Shown here: positions 38,682 to 50,375 of the stretch, piece by piece
Layout of the letters: each line of letters begins with the position of its first letter
Numbering within the stretch: position 1 is the first letter of the stretch
Translations under genes and position numbers: made by a program
Source: Deltaproteobacteria bacterium
GTDB lineage: Bacteria > CG2-30-53-67
Assembly: GCA_013151235.1 (NCBI GenBank)
Contig: JAADIO010000023.1
Span: forward strand, 1 to 62,241
Direction of reading: 5' to 3'
Length of the DNA: 62,241 nucleotides
The notes under the pieces: generated by a model
What the model was told of the DNA's origin: nothing
Databases searched by the model: none
Seen by the model: only the letters and a program-made list of their open reading frames with translations

Positions 38682-40364
38682 TCAGGGAGAGATCGTCCCC
38701 TCTGCCGCCGGACCCTTCCGGCCGTTTCTCTGTTCCCGGAAAACAATCCATGACTCCAGTACCAGCCAGACCTCAAGAAGAAGGATAAGCGATCCGACGC
38801 CGAGGAGAAGGAAGTTCCGGTCCCGCCAATAGGCGGAGATCTTCAGGAACATCCCGGAGATGGAAACAACCAGCATAAAGACCATCGGAAGCATTGTATA
38901 AAGTGTCGGCCGACCTTTCCTGTAAAGATAGACACTGACCGTCAGAAGGGCCAGCGCTGCAATGATCTGGTTGGTCACACCGAAGAGCGGCCAAAGGGCC
39001 ATCCCCGACGAGACCTTTCCAACGGGGATCCGGGCCAGGGCCAGTCCCGAAAGAACGGCCGCGGCAGAGGCCGGGTAACGATTCTGCAAAACGGAAATCC
39101 CGGCATTTTCACCGATCTCGGAGACGATAAAGCGAAGCATTCGGGCACAGGTATCAAGGGTGGTCATGGCAAAGGAGACGACGATTACCACAACGAGGGT
39201 TTTCGAAACCTCCGGAGAAAACCCGAGGGCCGAGACGAAACCTCCGGCCCCGTCCACAAAGGCCCCCAACTTATGCGACAGGGAGTTCATCGCTCCCCAG
39301 GAGGCATACCGCTGATGCCAAAGGGCGGCCGAACCGATCCCGGCCGTACAGGCGAGTACCGCCATGGTCGAGAGACTCCCCTCGGCCAGCATGGCACCGT
39401 AACCGATAAAGGAAGCGTCCGTCTCCCGGTCGATCTGTTTGGCCGTTGTCCCGGAGGCAACAAGGGAATGAAACCCGGAGATCGCCCCGCAGGCGATCAG
39501 GATAAAGAGAAAGGGGAAGATCGGCGGGGCGCCGACCGGATGAAGCTGAACCGCAGGCGCCACGATCTTCGGATGGACGAGAAAAAGCCCGAGGTACATC
39601 GCCCCCAGCCCGAAATAAAGGGCGAAGGAGTTCAGGTAATCCCGGGGTTGGAGCAGCGCCCAGACGGGGAGAACGGAAGCGACAAAGGCATAGGAGAGCA
39701 GGATCACGATCCAGAGATTCAGTGAGATCCCGCCCCCCATGGGATGAGAGGCCCCATAGGCAATCCCCCACCCCATCAGGAGAACGCCGACGACCGTTGC
39801 CCCTTTGAGACCGAAACCGGTCTTGAAGACCAGGGTTCCGATCCCCATGGCAAGGATAATGAGAAAAAAGGTCGGAAAGACCGACTGGGGATGCTGCCGG
39901 AAGAGGACCCCGATGACGATGGCAAAAACCGCAAGGACGAGGCTCAGTCCAAAGAAGATCAAAATCAGGAAGAGATTGCGCGCACGGCGACCGATGAGAT
40001 CTTCCGTCAGATCCCCAATGGAACGGCCCTGGTGCCTGAGAGAAACGACAAGGGACGAAAAATCATGGACCCCGCCGATAAAAATCGTTCCCAGAACCAC
40101 CCAGAGAAGCCCCGGCAGCCAGCCGTAAATCACGGCAATGGCCGGCCCGACGATGGGTGCCGCCCCTGCGATGGAGGCAAAATGGTGGCCGAAAAGGACA
40201 TAGCGGTTGGTGGGAACGAAATCGATGTCATCCCGCAGGGTATGGGCCGGAGTCGCCCGTTCAGGATCGATCCTGAAGATCTTCCTCCCCAGAAACCGGG
40301 CATAAAACCGATAGGCCAGCAGATAGGCCGTAAGGGCCATCAGGGCGACCAGTACACTGTTCAT
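38682..40364 (-). CDS. cstA: Carbon starvation protein A family transporter
   Basis: GHHFASIAGAAPIVGP, LLQPRDY, ACGAISGFHSLVASGTT. Confidence 0.94.
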   Translation of the reverse strand: MNSVLVALMALTAYLLAYRFYARFLGRKIFRIDPERATPAHTLRDDIDFVPTNRYVLFGHHFASIAGAAPIVGPAIAVIYGWLPGLLWVVLGTIFIGGVHDFSSLVVSLRHQGRSIGDLTEDLIGRRARNLFLILIFFGLSLVLAVFAIVIGVLFRQHPQSVFPTFFLIILAMGIGTLVFKTGFGLKGATVVGVLLMGWGIAYGASHPMGGGISLNLWIVILLSYAFVASVLPVWALLQPRDYLNSFALYFGLGAMYLGLFLVHPKIVAPAVQLHPVGAPPIFPFLFILIACGAISGFHSLVASGTTAKQIDRETDASFIGYGAMLAEGSLSTMAVLACTAGIGSAALWHQRYASWGAMNSLSHKLGAFVDGAGGFVSALGFSPEVSKTLVVVIVVSFAMTTLDTCARMLRFIVSEIGENAGISVLQNRYPASAAAVLSGLALARIPVGKVSSGMALWPLFGVTNQIIAALALLTVSVYLYRKGRPTLYTMLPMVFMLVVSISGMFLKISAYWRDRNFLLLGVGSLILLLEVWLVLESWIVFREQRNGRKGPAAEGTISP

Positions 40365-40415
40365 CTTCTCCTCTCTTCGGAATGCGGGCCTTCGACGTCC
40401 CCGGGATAGGTCCCT

Positions 40416-41582
40416 CTATTCAAAAAAATGGAGTACCGTCCGATAACAGAGCGGCGCCTTCGGAATCTCCCGTGTGGAAACAGCAGGAACCCTCCCCAAT
40501 TCATGATCTCCATTCTTCACGACAATCTCGCCATAGGCCTTCCCCTTGATGATCGGCGCCGGGAGAACGGAAGGGAGGGACAATTCCCGATGTACCCGCG
40601 ATTCTTGTCCACGCCGGACATGCACGAAGAGATCCGCGGCCGCCGACAGAGGGACGCTCTTTTTTCTGGCACCGGTCACGACAACCTTCGAGGAAACGGG
40701 TTCTCCCTTTTTGACGACCTGTATCTTCCTGTACATGTTAAACCCGATACTGAGGAGACGTCCGGATTCCCGGACACGGGATGCATCACTGGAGGCCCCC
40801 ATCACCACGGAGATCATCCGTAAACCGTCCCGGGAAGCCGTGGCCGTGAGATTATAGCCCGCCTTTCGGTAGTAACCGGTCTTGAGCCCGTCGGCACCGC
40901 GAAAATTCCCGATCAGTTTGTTCGTATTGTCGAGGATGAACGCTCCACCCCGGAAGGGGGCCCGCTTCGTTGAGGCCCACTCCAGAATCTTGGGATACTT
41001 CACGAGTGCTCTCGCCAGAAGCGACAGGTCATAGGGACTCGAGAGATCGGGCTTCCCGCCCCGCCCGGGCGGCAGACCGTCCACACTGTAGTAGTGCGTG
41101 TCGCCCATCCCCAATTCCCGGGCACGACGATTCATAAGGTCGACACACCCTTCCACGCTCCCCGTGAGAAACTCCGCAACCGCCACACAGGCATCATTGG
41201 CCGAATGGATGACAATGGCCTTCATCATCTCCTCCAGCGGGAAGACCTCCCCCTCCTTCAAATAGACCTGGGATCCGCCGAACCGGCTCGCCTTGGCCGA
41301 GGTTTTGACAGGGTCCTGCAGAGTCACCGAATGCATTTGAACTTTTTCCATGACCAGCAGCATCAGCATCATTTTGACCATGGAGGCCGGCGGCCTGCGA
41401 TCGTGATCATTCTTCTGATAGAGAACTTCCCCGGTGTCGGCATTCACGAGGATCGCCGCTTTGTAGTCCCCGTCCCGGACCGTGACGGGAGGACCCTCCC
41501 CGGCCATGGCGATCCACGGTGAGGTGATCAAAATGAATAAGAGAAGAGCGGAGAGAAACGATCGAACTGCGGCAAAAGACAT
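40416..41582 (-). CDS. D-alanyl-D-alanine carboxypeptidase (peptidase S11)
   Basis: SxxK (ASMVK), SAN, KTG motifs; PBP5 C-terminal domain. Confidence 0.93.
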   Translation of the reverse strand: MSFAAVRSFLSALLLFILITSPWIAMAGEGPPVTVRDGDYKAAILVNADTGEVLYQKNDHDRRPPASMVKMMLMLLVMEKVQMHSVTLQDPVKTSAKASRFGGSQVYLKEGEVFPLEEMMKAIVIHSANDACVAVAEFLTGSVEGCVDLMNRRARELGMGDTHYYSVDGLPPGRGGKPDLSSPYDLSLLARALVKYPKILEWASTKRAPFRGGAFILDNTNKLIGNFRGADGLKTGYYRKAGYNLTATASRDGLRMISVVMGASSDASRVRESGRLLSIGFNMYRKIQVVKKGEPVSSKVVVTGARKKSVPLSAAADLFVHVRRGQESRVHRELSLPSVLPAPIIKGKAYGEIVVKNGDHELGRVPAVSTREIPKAPLCYRTVLHFFE

Positions 41583-41679
41583 GCGATTCTCCTTGGGAAT
41601 GATATCATCTGGAGGGCTGTCATATTCGCACATCCGCCCCCTGGTCGTCAATACCCACGATGTAAGAAATGGAAGGCCG

Positions 41680-42669
41680 TTAAGCAGTAAAGAGGAGGAT
41701 CCCCTTGCAGATGAGCCAGGCCATGAGGATCGTCATGGGAAGGGTGAAGATCCAGGCCAGGACGATCTTGCCGACAACCCCCCAGCGGACGGCCGTTAAT
41801 CGCTGTGTGGCGCCGACCCCCATGATGGCCGTCGAAATCACATGGGTCGTACTTACGGGAAGACCGAAATGACTGGCACCAAGGATCACCATCGTGGCCG
41901 AAGTCTCGGCGGCAAACCCGTGAACCGGTTCCAGCTTCAGCATGTTGACACCGATGGTCTTGATCACCCGCCACCCCCCCAGGGCCGTTCCCAACCCCAT
42001 GGCGATGGCGCAGACGAGAATAACCCAGACGGGAACGACAAGAGAATGGAGATAACCGCCGCTCACCAGCGACAGGGTAATGATCCCCATCACCTTCTGG
42101 GCATCGTTCGATCCGTGGGAGAAGGCCATAAAGGCCGAGGAGAAGAGCTGTAACCGACCGAAATTCCTGTTGATCGTCCCCTTGGGCAGATTCCCGAAAA
42201 GCTTCAGGATTCCCTTCATGAGCCCGTAACCGATGAGGATCCCGAAGATCGGGGAGAAGAGCAGCGCCAGGAAGATCTTCGTGAGCCCCTCATATTCGAG
42301 GATCCCCAGACCACCATAGGCTGCGGCCGCCCCCATGAGGCTCCCGATCAGGGCATGGGAAGCACTGACCGGCATTCCGACCCAGGTCATTGCCGCGTTC
42401 CAGAGAAATCCGGAGAGGAGCGCCGCCACAACCACAACCCCCGTCACCGCCTCGGGGGCAACAATCCCCCGGCCGATGGTCTTGGCCACCGCCGTTGAGA
42501 AAAAGGCGCCCAAGATGTTCATGGAGGCCGCCATAAGGACCGCCTGCATGGGGCTCATCACCCGAGTGGAAACCACCGTGGCGATGGCATTGGCCGAATC
42601 GTTCCAGCCGTTACTCATGTCAAAGACAATAGCGATCAGAACGATCAGGAGAATGGTTCCGTTCATCAT
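41680..42669 (-). CDS. Inorganic phosphate transporter (PiT family)
   Basis: NGWNDSANAIAT, SHGSNDAQK, PVSTTH. Confidence 0.94.
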   Translation of the reverse strand: MMNGTILLIVLIAIVFDMSNGWNDSANAIATVVSTRVMSPMQAVLMAASMNILGAFFSTAVAKTIGRGIVAPEAVTGVVVVAALLSGFLWNAAMTWVGMPVSASHALIGSLMGAAAAYGGLGILEYEGLTKIFLALLFSPIFGILIGYGLMKGILKLFGNLPKGTINRNFGRLQLFSSAFMAFSHGSNDAQKVMGIITLSLVSGGYLHSLVVPVWVILVCAIAMGLGTALGGWRVIKTIGVNMLKLEPVHGFAAETSATMVILGASHFGLPVSTTHVISTAIMGVGATQRLTAVRWGVVGKIVLAWIFTLPMTILMAWLICKGILLFTA

Positions 42670-42703
42670 GAGAAAAAGGGTCGCTGAGACTTCGGTTAAA
42701 GGG

Positions 42704-43321
42704 TCATCCCTGTTTCAGAACGATACTTTCCAGAATATTGGCCACATCTTCACAACGGTCCGAGGCGTCTTCAAGATGTTCGTAGATCTCTTTCCACTTG
42801 ATGATCATGAGCGGATCTTTCACATCATCGAAGAGGCGCCCCAGGGCGTCCCGGAAGATCCGGTCCACATGGTTTTCAAGCCGGTTGATCTCGATACAGT
42901 TGTCGTGGACAAAGGAATATTTCTTCTGCCGCAGGTAACCGAAGGAGCTTTCCAGGACCTCCGTCGTGGTATGCAGGGCCCGGGCGATTTCCAGCGCTTC
43001 GGGCATGGTCTCCCGGATCCGGAAGACGGTCATCCGATCCACAGCCCCCCAGATCAGGTCGAGGACGTCATCGATCGCCGACGCCAGGGCGTGAATATCC
43101 TCCCGGTCGATGGGGGTAATGAAGGTCTTGTTCAACCTTCGCATCACCTCATGGGTCAGGGTGTCCCCTTTCTGCTCGATGCCGTAGATGATCTTGGCCT
43201 TTTCTTCAAGGAGGGAGATATTCTTGAAGAGATCCATCAGGTGAGAGGTGGCGTCAGTAAGATTGCTCCCCGCCTGGTCAAAAATCTCAAAAAAGTCCAC
43301 ACCCTTGGGAAATAGCTTCAT
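42704..43321 (-). CDS. DUF47 PhoU-like phosphate transport regulator
   Basis: TFITPIDREDI, WKEIYEHLEDASDRCEDVA; adjacent to pit. Confidence 0.92.
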   Translation of the reverse strand: MKLFPKGVDFFEIFDQAGSNLTDATSHLMDLFKNISLLEEKAKIIYGIEQKGDTLTHEVMRRLNKTFITPIDREDIHALASAIDDVLDLIWGAVDRMTVFRIRETMPEALEIARALHTTTEVLESSFGYLRQKKYSFVHDNCIEINRLENHVDRIFRDALGRLFDDVKDPLMIIKWKEIYEHLEDASDRCEDVANILESIVLKQG

Positions 43322-43343
43322 ACCTTCTCCTTCCTCAAGGACT

Positions 43344-45002
43344 CTAATCCTCTTTCATCACCGCCCCGGTGGAAGCGGAGGTGACGTTCTTGGCATACCG
43401 GGCCAGCCATCCCGTCCGGATTTTCGGTGACGGCGGCTTCCACGACTTCATACGTTGTGCAATTTCCTCGGGAGAAAGACCGAGGGTCAGTTTTCGATGG
43501 GGGATATCAATCGTAATCGGATCGCCGTCTTTGACCACGGCAATGGGGCCTCCCTCCATCGCCTCCGGAGAGATATGGCCGATGCAGGGTCCCCGTGTAC
43601 CGCCGGAAAAGCGTCCATCCGTAATAAGGGCAACCTTCTCGGCCAGACCGAGACCGATCACCGTGGCCGTCGGGGCCAGCATCTCCCGCATCCCGGGACC
43701 CCCTTTGGGACCTTCATACCGGATGACCATCACCTCGCCGCCCCGGATCTTTTTCTTCAGGAGCGCGGACATGGCCGCCTCTTCAGAATTGAAAACCCTT
43801 GCCTTTCCGGTAAACCGTTTCATCTTTTCAGAAACAGCCGTCTGTTTGACCACCGAGCCGTCGGGTGCGAGGTTTCCCTTCAAGACGGCAATCCCCCCTT
43901 CCCGATGATAGGCCTTCTTCACGGGACGGATTACATCGTCCCCCTCCACCTCAGCCGCTTTCGCGATCCGGACAATATCCCGGCCGTTGACCGTCTTTGC
44001 CGGTTTGAGTTTTCCGGCCAGCCGGTGCAAAACGGCCGGGATTCCCCCGGCATATTCCACATCTTCCATGAAATGGTCGCCTGCAGGTTCCAGGTTGGTC
44101 AGATGGGGGGTCTTCCGGCTGACGGCGTCGAAGAGTTCAAGAGGAAGGTCGCATCCGGCATCGTGGGCGATGGCCGGAATATGGAGGGTCGTGTTGGTCG
44201 ATCCCCCCAGGGCCATATCCACCCGAATGGCGTTCTCGAAGGCGGCGGGGGTCATGATATCGCGGGGACGGAGATTTTCTTCGATCATTTGCACGATCCG
44301 GATGCCGCTATCGAAAGCGATACGCCGTTTTTTGGCGGAGACGGCTAATCCCGTGCCGCAGCCCGTGAGGGACATCCCCAACGCCTCCGTGACACAGGCC
44401 ATGGTATTGGCCGTATAGAGCCCCTGGCAGGAACCCGGTCCCGGACAGGCCTCCATCTCCAGGCACCCCTGTTCCTTCTTTCCGACTTTTCCGTTCCGGA
44501 CCTTCCCGATCGTCTCGTAGGCATCCCGGACGAAGGATCGCCGTTTCAAACGGTAGTTCCCGGTCATCATCGGTCCCGCCGTAACAACAATGGAGGGAAT
44601 ATTCAGACGACCCGCCGCCATCAGCATTCCCGGTGTAATCTTGTCACAGTTCGTCAGCAGGACAAGGCCGTCCAGGGAATGGGCCAGTGCGACCGATTCG
44701 ATCATGTCCGCGATCAGTTCCCGGGAAGGAAGAGAGTAATGCATTCCCATGTGGCCCATGGCGATTCCGTCACAGATCCCCGGCACACCGAAGAAGAAGG
44801 ACTGGCCGCCGCCGCTGTGAACCCCCTTTTCAATGTATCGTTCCAGGTCCCGCATCCCGATATGGCCCGGGATCAGGTCTGTAAAACTGGTTGCCACCCC
44901 CACGAAGGGATTCTTCATCGCAGCCTGCGTCACTCCGGTGGCATGGAGTAACGCTCGATGAGGAATCCGTTCCACACCTTTTTTGATTTTATCGCTTCGC
45001 AT
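43344..45002 (-). CDS. ilvD: Dihydroxy-acid dehydratase
   Basis: [28 protein letters not shown]. Confidence 0.97.
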   Translation of the reverse strand: MRSDKIKKGVERIPHRALLHATGVTQAAMKNPFVGVATSFTDLIPGHIGMRDLERYIEKGVHSGGGQSFFFGVPGICDGIAMGHMGMHYSLPSRELIADMIESVALAHSLDGLVLLTNCDKITPGMLMAAGRLNIPSIVVTAGPMMTGNYRLKRRSFVRDAYETIGKVRNGKVGKKEQGCLEMEACPGPGSCQGLYTANTMACVTEALGMSLTGCGTGLAVSAKKRRIAFDSGIRIVQMIEENLRPRDIMTPAAFENAIRVDMALGGSTNTTLHIPAIAHDAGCDLPLELFDAVSRKTPHLTNLEPAGDHFMEDVEYAGGIPAVLHRLAGKLKPAKTVNGRDIVRIAKAAEVEGDDVIRPVKKAYHREGGIAVLKGNLAPDGSVVKQTAVSEKMKRFTGKARVFNSEEAAMSALLKKKIRGGEVMVIRYEGPKGGPGMREMLAPTATVIGLGLAEKVALITDGRFSGGTRGPCIGHISPEAMEGGPIAVVKDGDPITIDIPHRKLTLGLSPEEIAQRMKSWKPPSPKIRTGWLARYAKNVTSASTGAVMKED

Positions 45003-45232
45003 AGGCCCCTCTCTATTCATGGTGAAGGCTTTTTACTTTTTGACTTTTGCTTTCAACTCTGTGCCTGGTGGTGAAATGCTTGTTGGTGTTGACTTTGTAA
45101 ATCCCCCCTTTCCCCTTTCGAAGAAGGGGGGGGAAATCCATTGATTTTGATTTCCCCGTGTCCCCCGTGGTTCACGCTTTTCGCTACCTCGTTGCAAGGA
45201 CGGACCGATCTTACCGGATGGGTTCGCTTCCG

Positions 45233-46093
45233 TCAAGGCAGAAAACCGATCGCAGACCCCATTTTTGTCCGGACACCTTCGCCGGGCGAAAGCCGGACCC
45301 GCTCCTTCTCAAAGAGGAGAATGACCGTCGATCCGAGTTCAAAACGGCCGACCTCTTCCCCTTTTTCCAGGAAAATTTCCCGGCTGTAGGACCGGGCATA
45401 GGGACCCTGGAGGGAGAACCTTCGGTGGACATCATCAAATCGGACCCGAATTTTTCCGACATTCGTCGCCCCGACCAGGACCATCGCTATATTGCCCGCC
45501 TGAGTCCGGATATGGAGAATAAGGCGTTCATTGAGCAGGAAAAGATTCTCGATTCGAAAGAGAGAAAACCGGTTCACCGGGAAGAGCCGTCCCGGCAAAT
45601 AGTGCAGAGACTCCACCGTTCCGGATAAGGGCATGTGAATCCGATGATAATCCGCGGGGGAGAGATAAAGGGTGCAGGCGCTCCCGCCCAGATACCGGGA
45701 AGCCTGCCGGGCATCCCCCAAAAGGTCACGAACGGCGTAATGCCAGCCCTTGGCCTGCAACAGGGTCCCGTCGGTCACCTCTTCCACCCGGACGAGGGTC
45801 CCGTCCACAGGAGAGACAATGCTGTCAGGGTTCGGGTCCACCGGACGTGCATCCGGTTTCAGGGCTCGGGTAAAAAAGGACTGGAGAGAAAGATATTTTG
45901 ACAGAGGATATTGCACCTCCGCCCGGTCGACACCAAACAGAAAGGCGTAGGCACGAAGGATCAGAACATTGAGCGGAAAAGGAAGCGGAATCGCAGCCAC
46001 GATTCCGGTCAAGCGGGAAAGCAGATTGGTCGGTAATACCCGCAAGAGAGCAAGAGTAAGTCGATCCAATATTCCCACCGAATGCAGATTCAC
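45233..46093 (-). CDS. psd: Phosphatidylserine decarboxylase proenzyme (LGST type)
   Basis: FFTRALK, SPVDG, YLSPADYHRIH, VGATNVG, FELGSTV cleavage motif. Confidence 0.94.
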   Translation of the reverse strand: MNLHSVGILDRLTLALLRVLPTNLLSRLTGIVAAIPLPFPLNVLILRAYAFLFGVDRAEVQYPLSKYLSLQSFFTRALKPDARPVDPNPDSIVSPVDGTLVRVEEVTDGTLLQAKGWHYAVRDLLGDARQASRYLGGSACTLYLSPADYHRIHMPLSGTVESLHYLPGRLFPVNRFSLFRIENLFLLNERLILHIRTQAGNIAMVLVGATNVGKIRVRFDDVHRRFSLQGPYARSYSREIFLEKGEEVGRFELGSTVILLFEKERVRLSPGEGVRTKMGSAIGFLP

Positions 46094-46158
46094 ACAAAAG
46101 TCTCAACCTCGAGACAAATCCGACCAAACGATACCGGGTGAATCCTTTCAATAACGGA

Positions 46159-46614
46159 CTACGCCTTTTCCCGTCCGACGCTCTTCTCGATTACCTTTTT
46201 CAAAAGCCCTTTCTTCTTGCCGGTATCCTCTTCAACAGGCTGGCCGGATTCACGCACGGGCCGATCCAGGTATTCGATAATTGCCATCACCGCACCGTCT
46301 CCGGAGCGATTCCGTGTTCGAACGATTCGGGTATACCCGCCGTTCCGCTCCTGGAAACGCGGGGCCAGATCATCAAAGAGCTTCTTGACCAGATCACGAT
46401 CCCGGAGCAGATCAAAGGCTTGCCGACGGGCGGGAAGGCCGGCTTTTTTTCCGAGGGTGATGAGCTTTTCCGCAACGCGACGGAGTTCTTTCGCCTTGGC
46501 CAAGGTCGTTTCTATGGCCTCATGCCGGATCAGAGATCCGGCAAGATTCTTCATGAGGGCCGCCCGGTGGCTTGAAGTACGGTTCAGTCTTCTTCCGGAA
46601 ATTCTGTGTCGCAT
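46159..46614 (-). CDS. rplQ: 50S ribosomal protein L17
   Basis: [25 protein letters not shown]. Confidence 0.98.
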   Translation of the reverse strand: MRHRISGRRLNRTSSHRAALMKNLAGSLIRHEAIETTLAKAKELRRVAEKLITLGKKAGLPARRQAFDLLRDRDLVKKLFDDLAPRFQERNGGYTRIVRTRNRSGDGAVMAIIEYLDRPVRESGQPVEEDTGKKKGLLKKVIEKSVGREKA

Positions 46615-46639
46615 TGCGTTACCCTTTCAAACGTAGTTT

Positions 46640-47647
46640 TCAGGAGGCTTCTTCTTCCACCGCCCCCCCCGGTTGCAGCAGATCATCGTCCACCTTCATC
46701 CCGAGAGAAAGCCCCATATCCGTCAGGAGTTCCTTGATTTCATTCAATGATTTCCGGCCAAAATTCTTGGTGCGCAGCATCTCCGAATCGGTCTTCTGAA
46801 CAAGCTCACCGATCGTCTTGATCTCCGCTTTTTTGAGACAGTTGTAAGACCGAACGGAAAGTTCGAGCTCCTCCACACTTTTCCGGAGAAACTTGCGAAG
46901 TTCTTCATCCTTCTCGTCCTTGACCGGTTCCTCTTCTTCCACTTCCTCGTCAAAATTGATAAAGATCGTCATGTAATCCTTGAGGATCTTCGCAGCATAG
47001 GCGACGGCATCATCCGGTTTTATGGCCCCGTTCGTCCAGACCTCCAGGGTCAATTTATCGTAATCGGTGGCATGCCCGACCCGGGCATTCTCCACGGTGA
47101 AGTTGACCTTCCGGATGGGGCTGAACACGGCATCGATCGGGATCACACCGATCGCTTGATCTCGCTCAATGTCCTCGGTGGCCGGAACATAGCCGCGTCC
47201 CATGCGAACTTCCATTTCCATATCCAGATCGGAATCTTTCTCCAGCGTCGCAATATGATGCTTCGGATTGATCACTTCGAGGTCCGCATCGGTTTCGATA
47301 TCCCCGGCCGTCACCATCCCTTTGCCACGGGCCTTGAGGTGAATCGTCTTGGGCTGGTCCGTGTGCATCTTGAATGAGACCCCCTTCAGGTTCAGAATGA
47401 TTTCCGCCACATCTTCCAGCACACCGGCAAGAGTAGAGAACTCGTGCAACACACCTTCAAATTTAACGGAGGTAATGGCCGCCCCCTCAATGGAAGAGAG
47501 CAGTATCCGACGCAGGGAATTCCCGATGGTCGTCCCGAACCCGCGCTCAAAAGGCTGGGCATAAAACTTCCCATAGGTTTCCGTCATGGTGTCGAGTTCG
47601 AAATTTAAACGCTTGGGCCTCTGAAACCCAGTCAGTTTCATCGCCAT
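46640..47647 (-). CDS. rpoA: RNA polymerase subunit alpha
   Basis: [34 protein letters not shown]. Confidence 0.98.
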   Translation of the reverse strand: MAMKLTGFQRPKRLNFELDTMTETYGKFYAQPFERGFGTTIGNSLRRILLSSIEGAAITSVKFEGVLHEFSTLAGVLEDVAEIILNLKGVSFKMHTDQPKTIHLKARGKGMVTAGDIETDADLEVINPKHHIATLEKDSDLDMEMEVRMGRGYVPATEDIERDQAIGVIPIDAVFSPIRKVNFTVENARVGHATDYDKLTLEVWTNGAIKPDDAVAYAAKILKDYMTIFINFDEEVEEEEPVKDEKDEELRKFLRKSVEELELSVRSYNCLKKAEIKTIGELVQKTDSEMLRTKNFGRKSLNEIKELLTDMGLSLGMKVDDDLLQPGGAVEEEAS

Positions 47648-47684
47648 TCAAACCCCTCCCTTTCGTTGAGAGTGGATAAATAAA

Positions 47685-48311
47685 TTACTTGGAATAGAGT
47701 TCTACGATCAGCTGTTCACGAACGGGCAAGGGAATCTCTTCCCGTGTGGGAAGGTGGTGAATCACGCCCTTCATATCTTTTTTGTCGGCTTCGATCCACT
47801 GCGGAACTCCACGGCGGTCCACCGCTGAGAAACAGACCTTGATCCGTTCCACCTTGTTGCTTTTCGGAGAAATGGAAATCACATCCCCGGGACGCACTTG
47901 CAATGAGGGGATATTTACCTTTTTGCCGTTGAGGTGAAAATGGCCGTGCCGGATGAAGTGTCTCGATTCCGCCCGGGAGTCGGCAAGGCAGAGGCGGTAA
48001 ACCACATTGTCCAGACGAGATTCCAGTATCCGGAGAAGGTTTTCCCCGGTGACCCCTTTCTTGCGATCCGCCTGATAAAAGTAAGAGCGGAACTGTTTCT
48101 CCAAGACCCCGTAGATCCTGCGCACCTTCTGTTTCTCGCGAAGCTGTACACCGTAATCGGAGACCTTTGAACGACGCTGCCCATGCTGTCCCGGTGCATA
48201 ACTCCGGCGCTCCATACTGCATTTATCCTTGAAGCAGCGCTCCCCTTTCAAAAACAATTTTTCACCCTCTCTGCGGCACAGCCTGCAGACCGGACCTTTA
48301 TATCGTGCCAA
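47685..48311 (-). CDS. rpsD: 30S ribosomal protein S4
   Basis: [23 protein letters not shown]. Confidence 0.98.
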   Translation of the reverse strand: MARYKGPVCRLCRREGEKLFLKGERCFKDKCSMERRSYAPGQHGQRRSKVSDYGVQLREKQKVRRIYGVLEKQFRSYFYQADRKKGVTGENLLRILESRLDNVVYRLCLADSRAESRHFIRHGHFHLNGKKVNIPSLQVRPGDVISISPKSNKVERIKVCFSAVDRRGVPQWIEADKKDMKGVIHHLPTREEIPLPVREQLIVELYSK

Positions 48312-48398
48312 TGGGTACCTCCTGAAATTTCAATGTGGCGGCATCATCGCCGCCGGAACCAAACATTATACAACCGGGCCGGATTACCTTGAACACGA

Positions 48399-48794
48399 TT
48401 ATACCCGGCGGCGCTTCGGTGGACGGCATCCATTATGGGGAATGGGCGTAACATCCCGAATCAGGGTAATGTCCAGGCCGGTCGCCTGAAGGGCCCGGAT
48501 GGCCGACTCCCGCCCGATCCCCGGCCCCTTCACCAGAACCTCCACCTTGCGGACACCATGCTCCATCGCTTTCTTCGCGGCATCTTCCGCCGCCAACTGC
48601 GCTGCAAACGGGGTGCTTTTCCGGCTCCCCTTAAAGCCCTGCCCGCCGGCGGTCGCCCAGGAGATCACATTCCCCGAAACGTCGGAGATGGTGACAATGG
48701 TATTGTTGAAAGATGCCTTGATGTGTGCAACCGCATTGAGAATATTCTTCTTTTCTTTCTTCTTGCGGCCGCCTTTCTTTTTCGGATCTGCCAT
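48399..48794 (-). CDS. rpsK: 30S ribosomal protein S11
   Basis: [19 protein letters not shown]. Confidence 0.98.
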   Translation of the reverse strand: MADPKKKGGRKKKEKKNILNAVAHIKASFNNTIVTISDVSGNVISWATAGGQGFKGSRKSTPFAAQLAAEDAAKKAMEHGVRKVEVLVKGPGIGRESAIRALQATGLDITLIRDVTPIPHNGCRPPKRRRV

Positions 48795-48815
48795 GGTTTC
48801 TCCCGTAATGCTGCG

Positions 48816-49199
48816 TTACTTCTTCGCTTTGGATGTTTTCTTGCCCTTGATCGCCCGCCGGGGTCCCTTACGCGTCCGTGCGTTGGTATGGGTCCGCTGA
48901 CCCCGGACCGGCAGTCCGCGGCGATGGCGAAGCCCCCGGTAGACCCCAAGGTCCATCAGTCGTTTGATACTCATGGAAACCTCCTTGCGGAGATCTCCTT
49001 CGACGCGGCAATCCGCAACGATCACGTCCCGGATTTTCCCGATCTCTTCACTGCTTAAATCTTTCACACGCACCGTCCCGTCCACACCGGCCTTTTCAAG
49101 AATCTCCCGTGCGAGGGGTCGGCCAATGCCGTAGATATAGGTCAATGCGATCTCTACATTCTTACGATCCGGAACGTCTACTCCTGCTATTCTTGCCAA
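48816..49199 (-). CDS. rpsM: 30S ribosomal protein S13
   Basis: [24 protein letters not shown]. Confidence 0.98.
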   Translation of the reverse strand: MARIAGVDVPDRKNVEIALTYIYGIGRPLAREILEKAGVDGTVRVKDLSSEEIGKIRDVIVADCRVEGDLRKEVSMSIKRLMDLGVYRGLRHRRGLPVRGQRTHTNARTRKGPRRAIKGKKTSKAKK

Positions 49200-49236
49200 A
49201 ACCGATCTCCTCTCTCATCTCCCTGGGGGATGCGAG

Positions 49237-49350
49237 TTATCCTTGTCGCTGCTTGTGTCTGGGATTGACACAAATAACGCGAACCACGCCTTTTCGTTTA
49301 ATGATCTTGCATTTCTCACAAATTTTCTTTACCGATGCTCGGACCTTCAT
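49237..49350 (-). CDS. rpmJ: 50S ribosomal protein L36 (not in ORF track)
   Basis: Manual translation [37 protein letters not shown]. Confidence 0.97.
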   Translation of the reverse strand: MKVRASVKKICEKCKIIKRKGVVRVICVNPRHKQRQG

Positions 49351-49364
49351 GATAAATTCCTCGA

Positions 49365-49586
49365 TTATCCCTTGTGCCGATAGACGATCCTTCCACGACT
49401 CAGGTCATAGGGGGAAAGTTCCACCTTGACCTTGTCCCCAGGCAGGATCTTGATATAATGCAACCGCATCTTTCCGGAAATGTGGGCCAGCACTTTATGA
49501 CCGTTTTCCAGTTCCACCCGGAACATGGCGTTGGGAAGCGGCTCCAGCACCGTGCCTTCAACCTCGATTGCATTTTCTTTTGCCAT
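49365..49586 (-). CDS. infA: Translation initiation factor IF-1
   Basis: [14 protein letters not shown]...SPYDL. Confidence 0.98.
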   Translation of the reverse strand: MAKENAIEVEGTVLEPLPNAMFRVELENGHKVLAHISGKMRLHYIKILPGDKVKVELSPYDLSRGRIVYRHKG

Positions 49587-49622
49587 GTGGCCCTTTCTTT
49601 ACATCCCGGGAAGACTCCCCGG

Positions 49623-50372
49623 TTATGCTGCACGACTCAGGATACGCGTCTCGTGATCCAGGATCGCAATCGTGTGTTCAAAATGAGCGGAAAGACTCCC
49701 GTCCGCCGTGACCGCGGTCCAGGTATCGGACAGAATTTTGACCTCCCAGTCTCCCATGTTCACCATCGGTTCAATGGCCAGAACCATTCCTTTTTTCAAC
49801 CGGGGACCCCGGTTCGGCTGCCCGAAATTCGGAATCTGCGGCTCTTCATGAAGACTCCGACCGATCCCGTGTCCGACAAACGCCCGAACAACAGAGAACG
49901 AATGGCCCTCCACATACTGCTGAATCTCATGAGAAATATCAAACAGGCGATTTCCCTCACTCGCCTTGCCGATCCCTCGATAGAGAGATTCTTCGGTAAC
50001 CCGGATCAGACGATCCGCCTCTTTCGAGACCTTCATAACGGGAAAGGTTTTTGCCGCATCCCCGTAATAACCATCAAGAACCACCCCGACATCCAGACTG
50101 ACCAGGTCCCCTTCCTTCAATTCCTCTCTGGAAGGAATTCCGTGAACCACCCGGTCGTTGATGGACGTACATAACGTCGCCGGATATCCCCGGTATCCTT
50201 TGAAGGCGGGCCGGGCCTTCCGGCTGACAATATATTCCTCCGCGATCCGGTCCAGTTCCTCCGTAGTAACCCCGGGCTCGATCTTCTCTTTCAACATCTC
50301 CAGAAGGTGGGCTACGATCTGGTTGGCACGGTAGAGTTTCTCCACCTCATCAGGATGTTTCAGAATGATCAT
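49623..50372 (-). CDS. map: Methionine aminopeptidase type I
   Basis: VVHGIP, GHGIG, HEEP, IEPM, SAHFEHT. Confidence 0.97.
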   Translation of the reverse strand: MIILKHPDEVEKLYRANQIVAHLLEMLKEKIEPGVTTEELDRIAEEYIVSRKARPAFKGYRGYPATLCTSINDRVVHGIPSREELKEGDLVSLDVGVVLDGYYGDAAKTFPVMKVSKEADRLIRVTEESLYRGIGKASEGNRLFDISHEIQQYVEGHSFSVVRAFVGHGIGRSLHEEPQIPNFGQPNRGPRLKKGMVLAIEPMVNMGDWEVKILSDTWTAVTADGSLSAHFEHTIAILDHETRILSRAA

Positions 50373-50375
50373 TCC

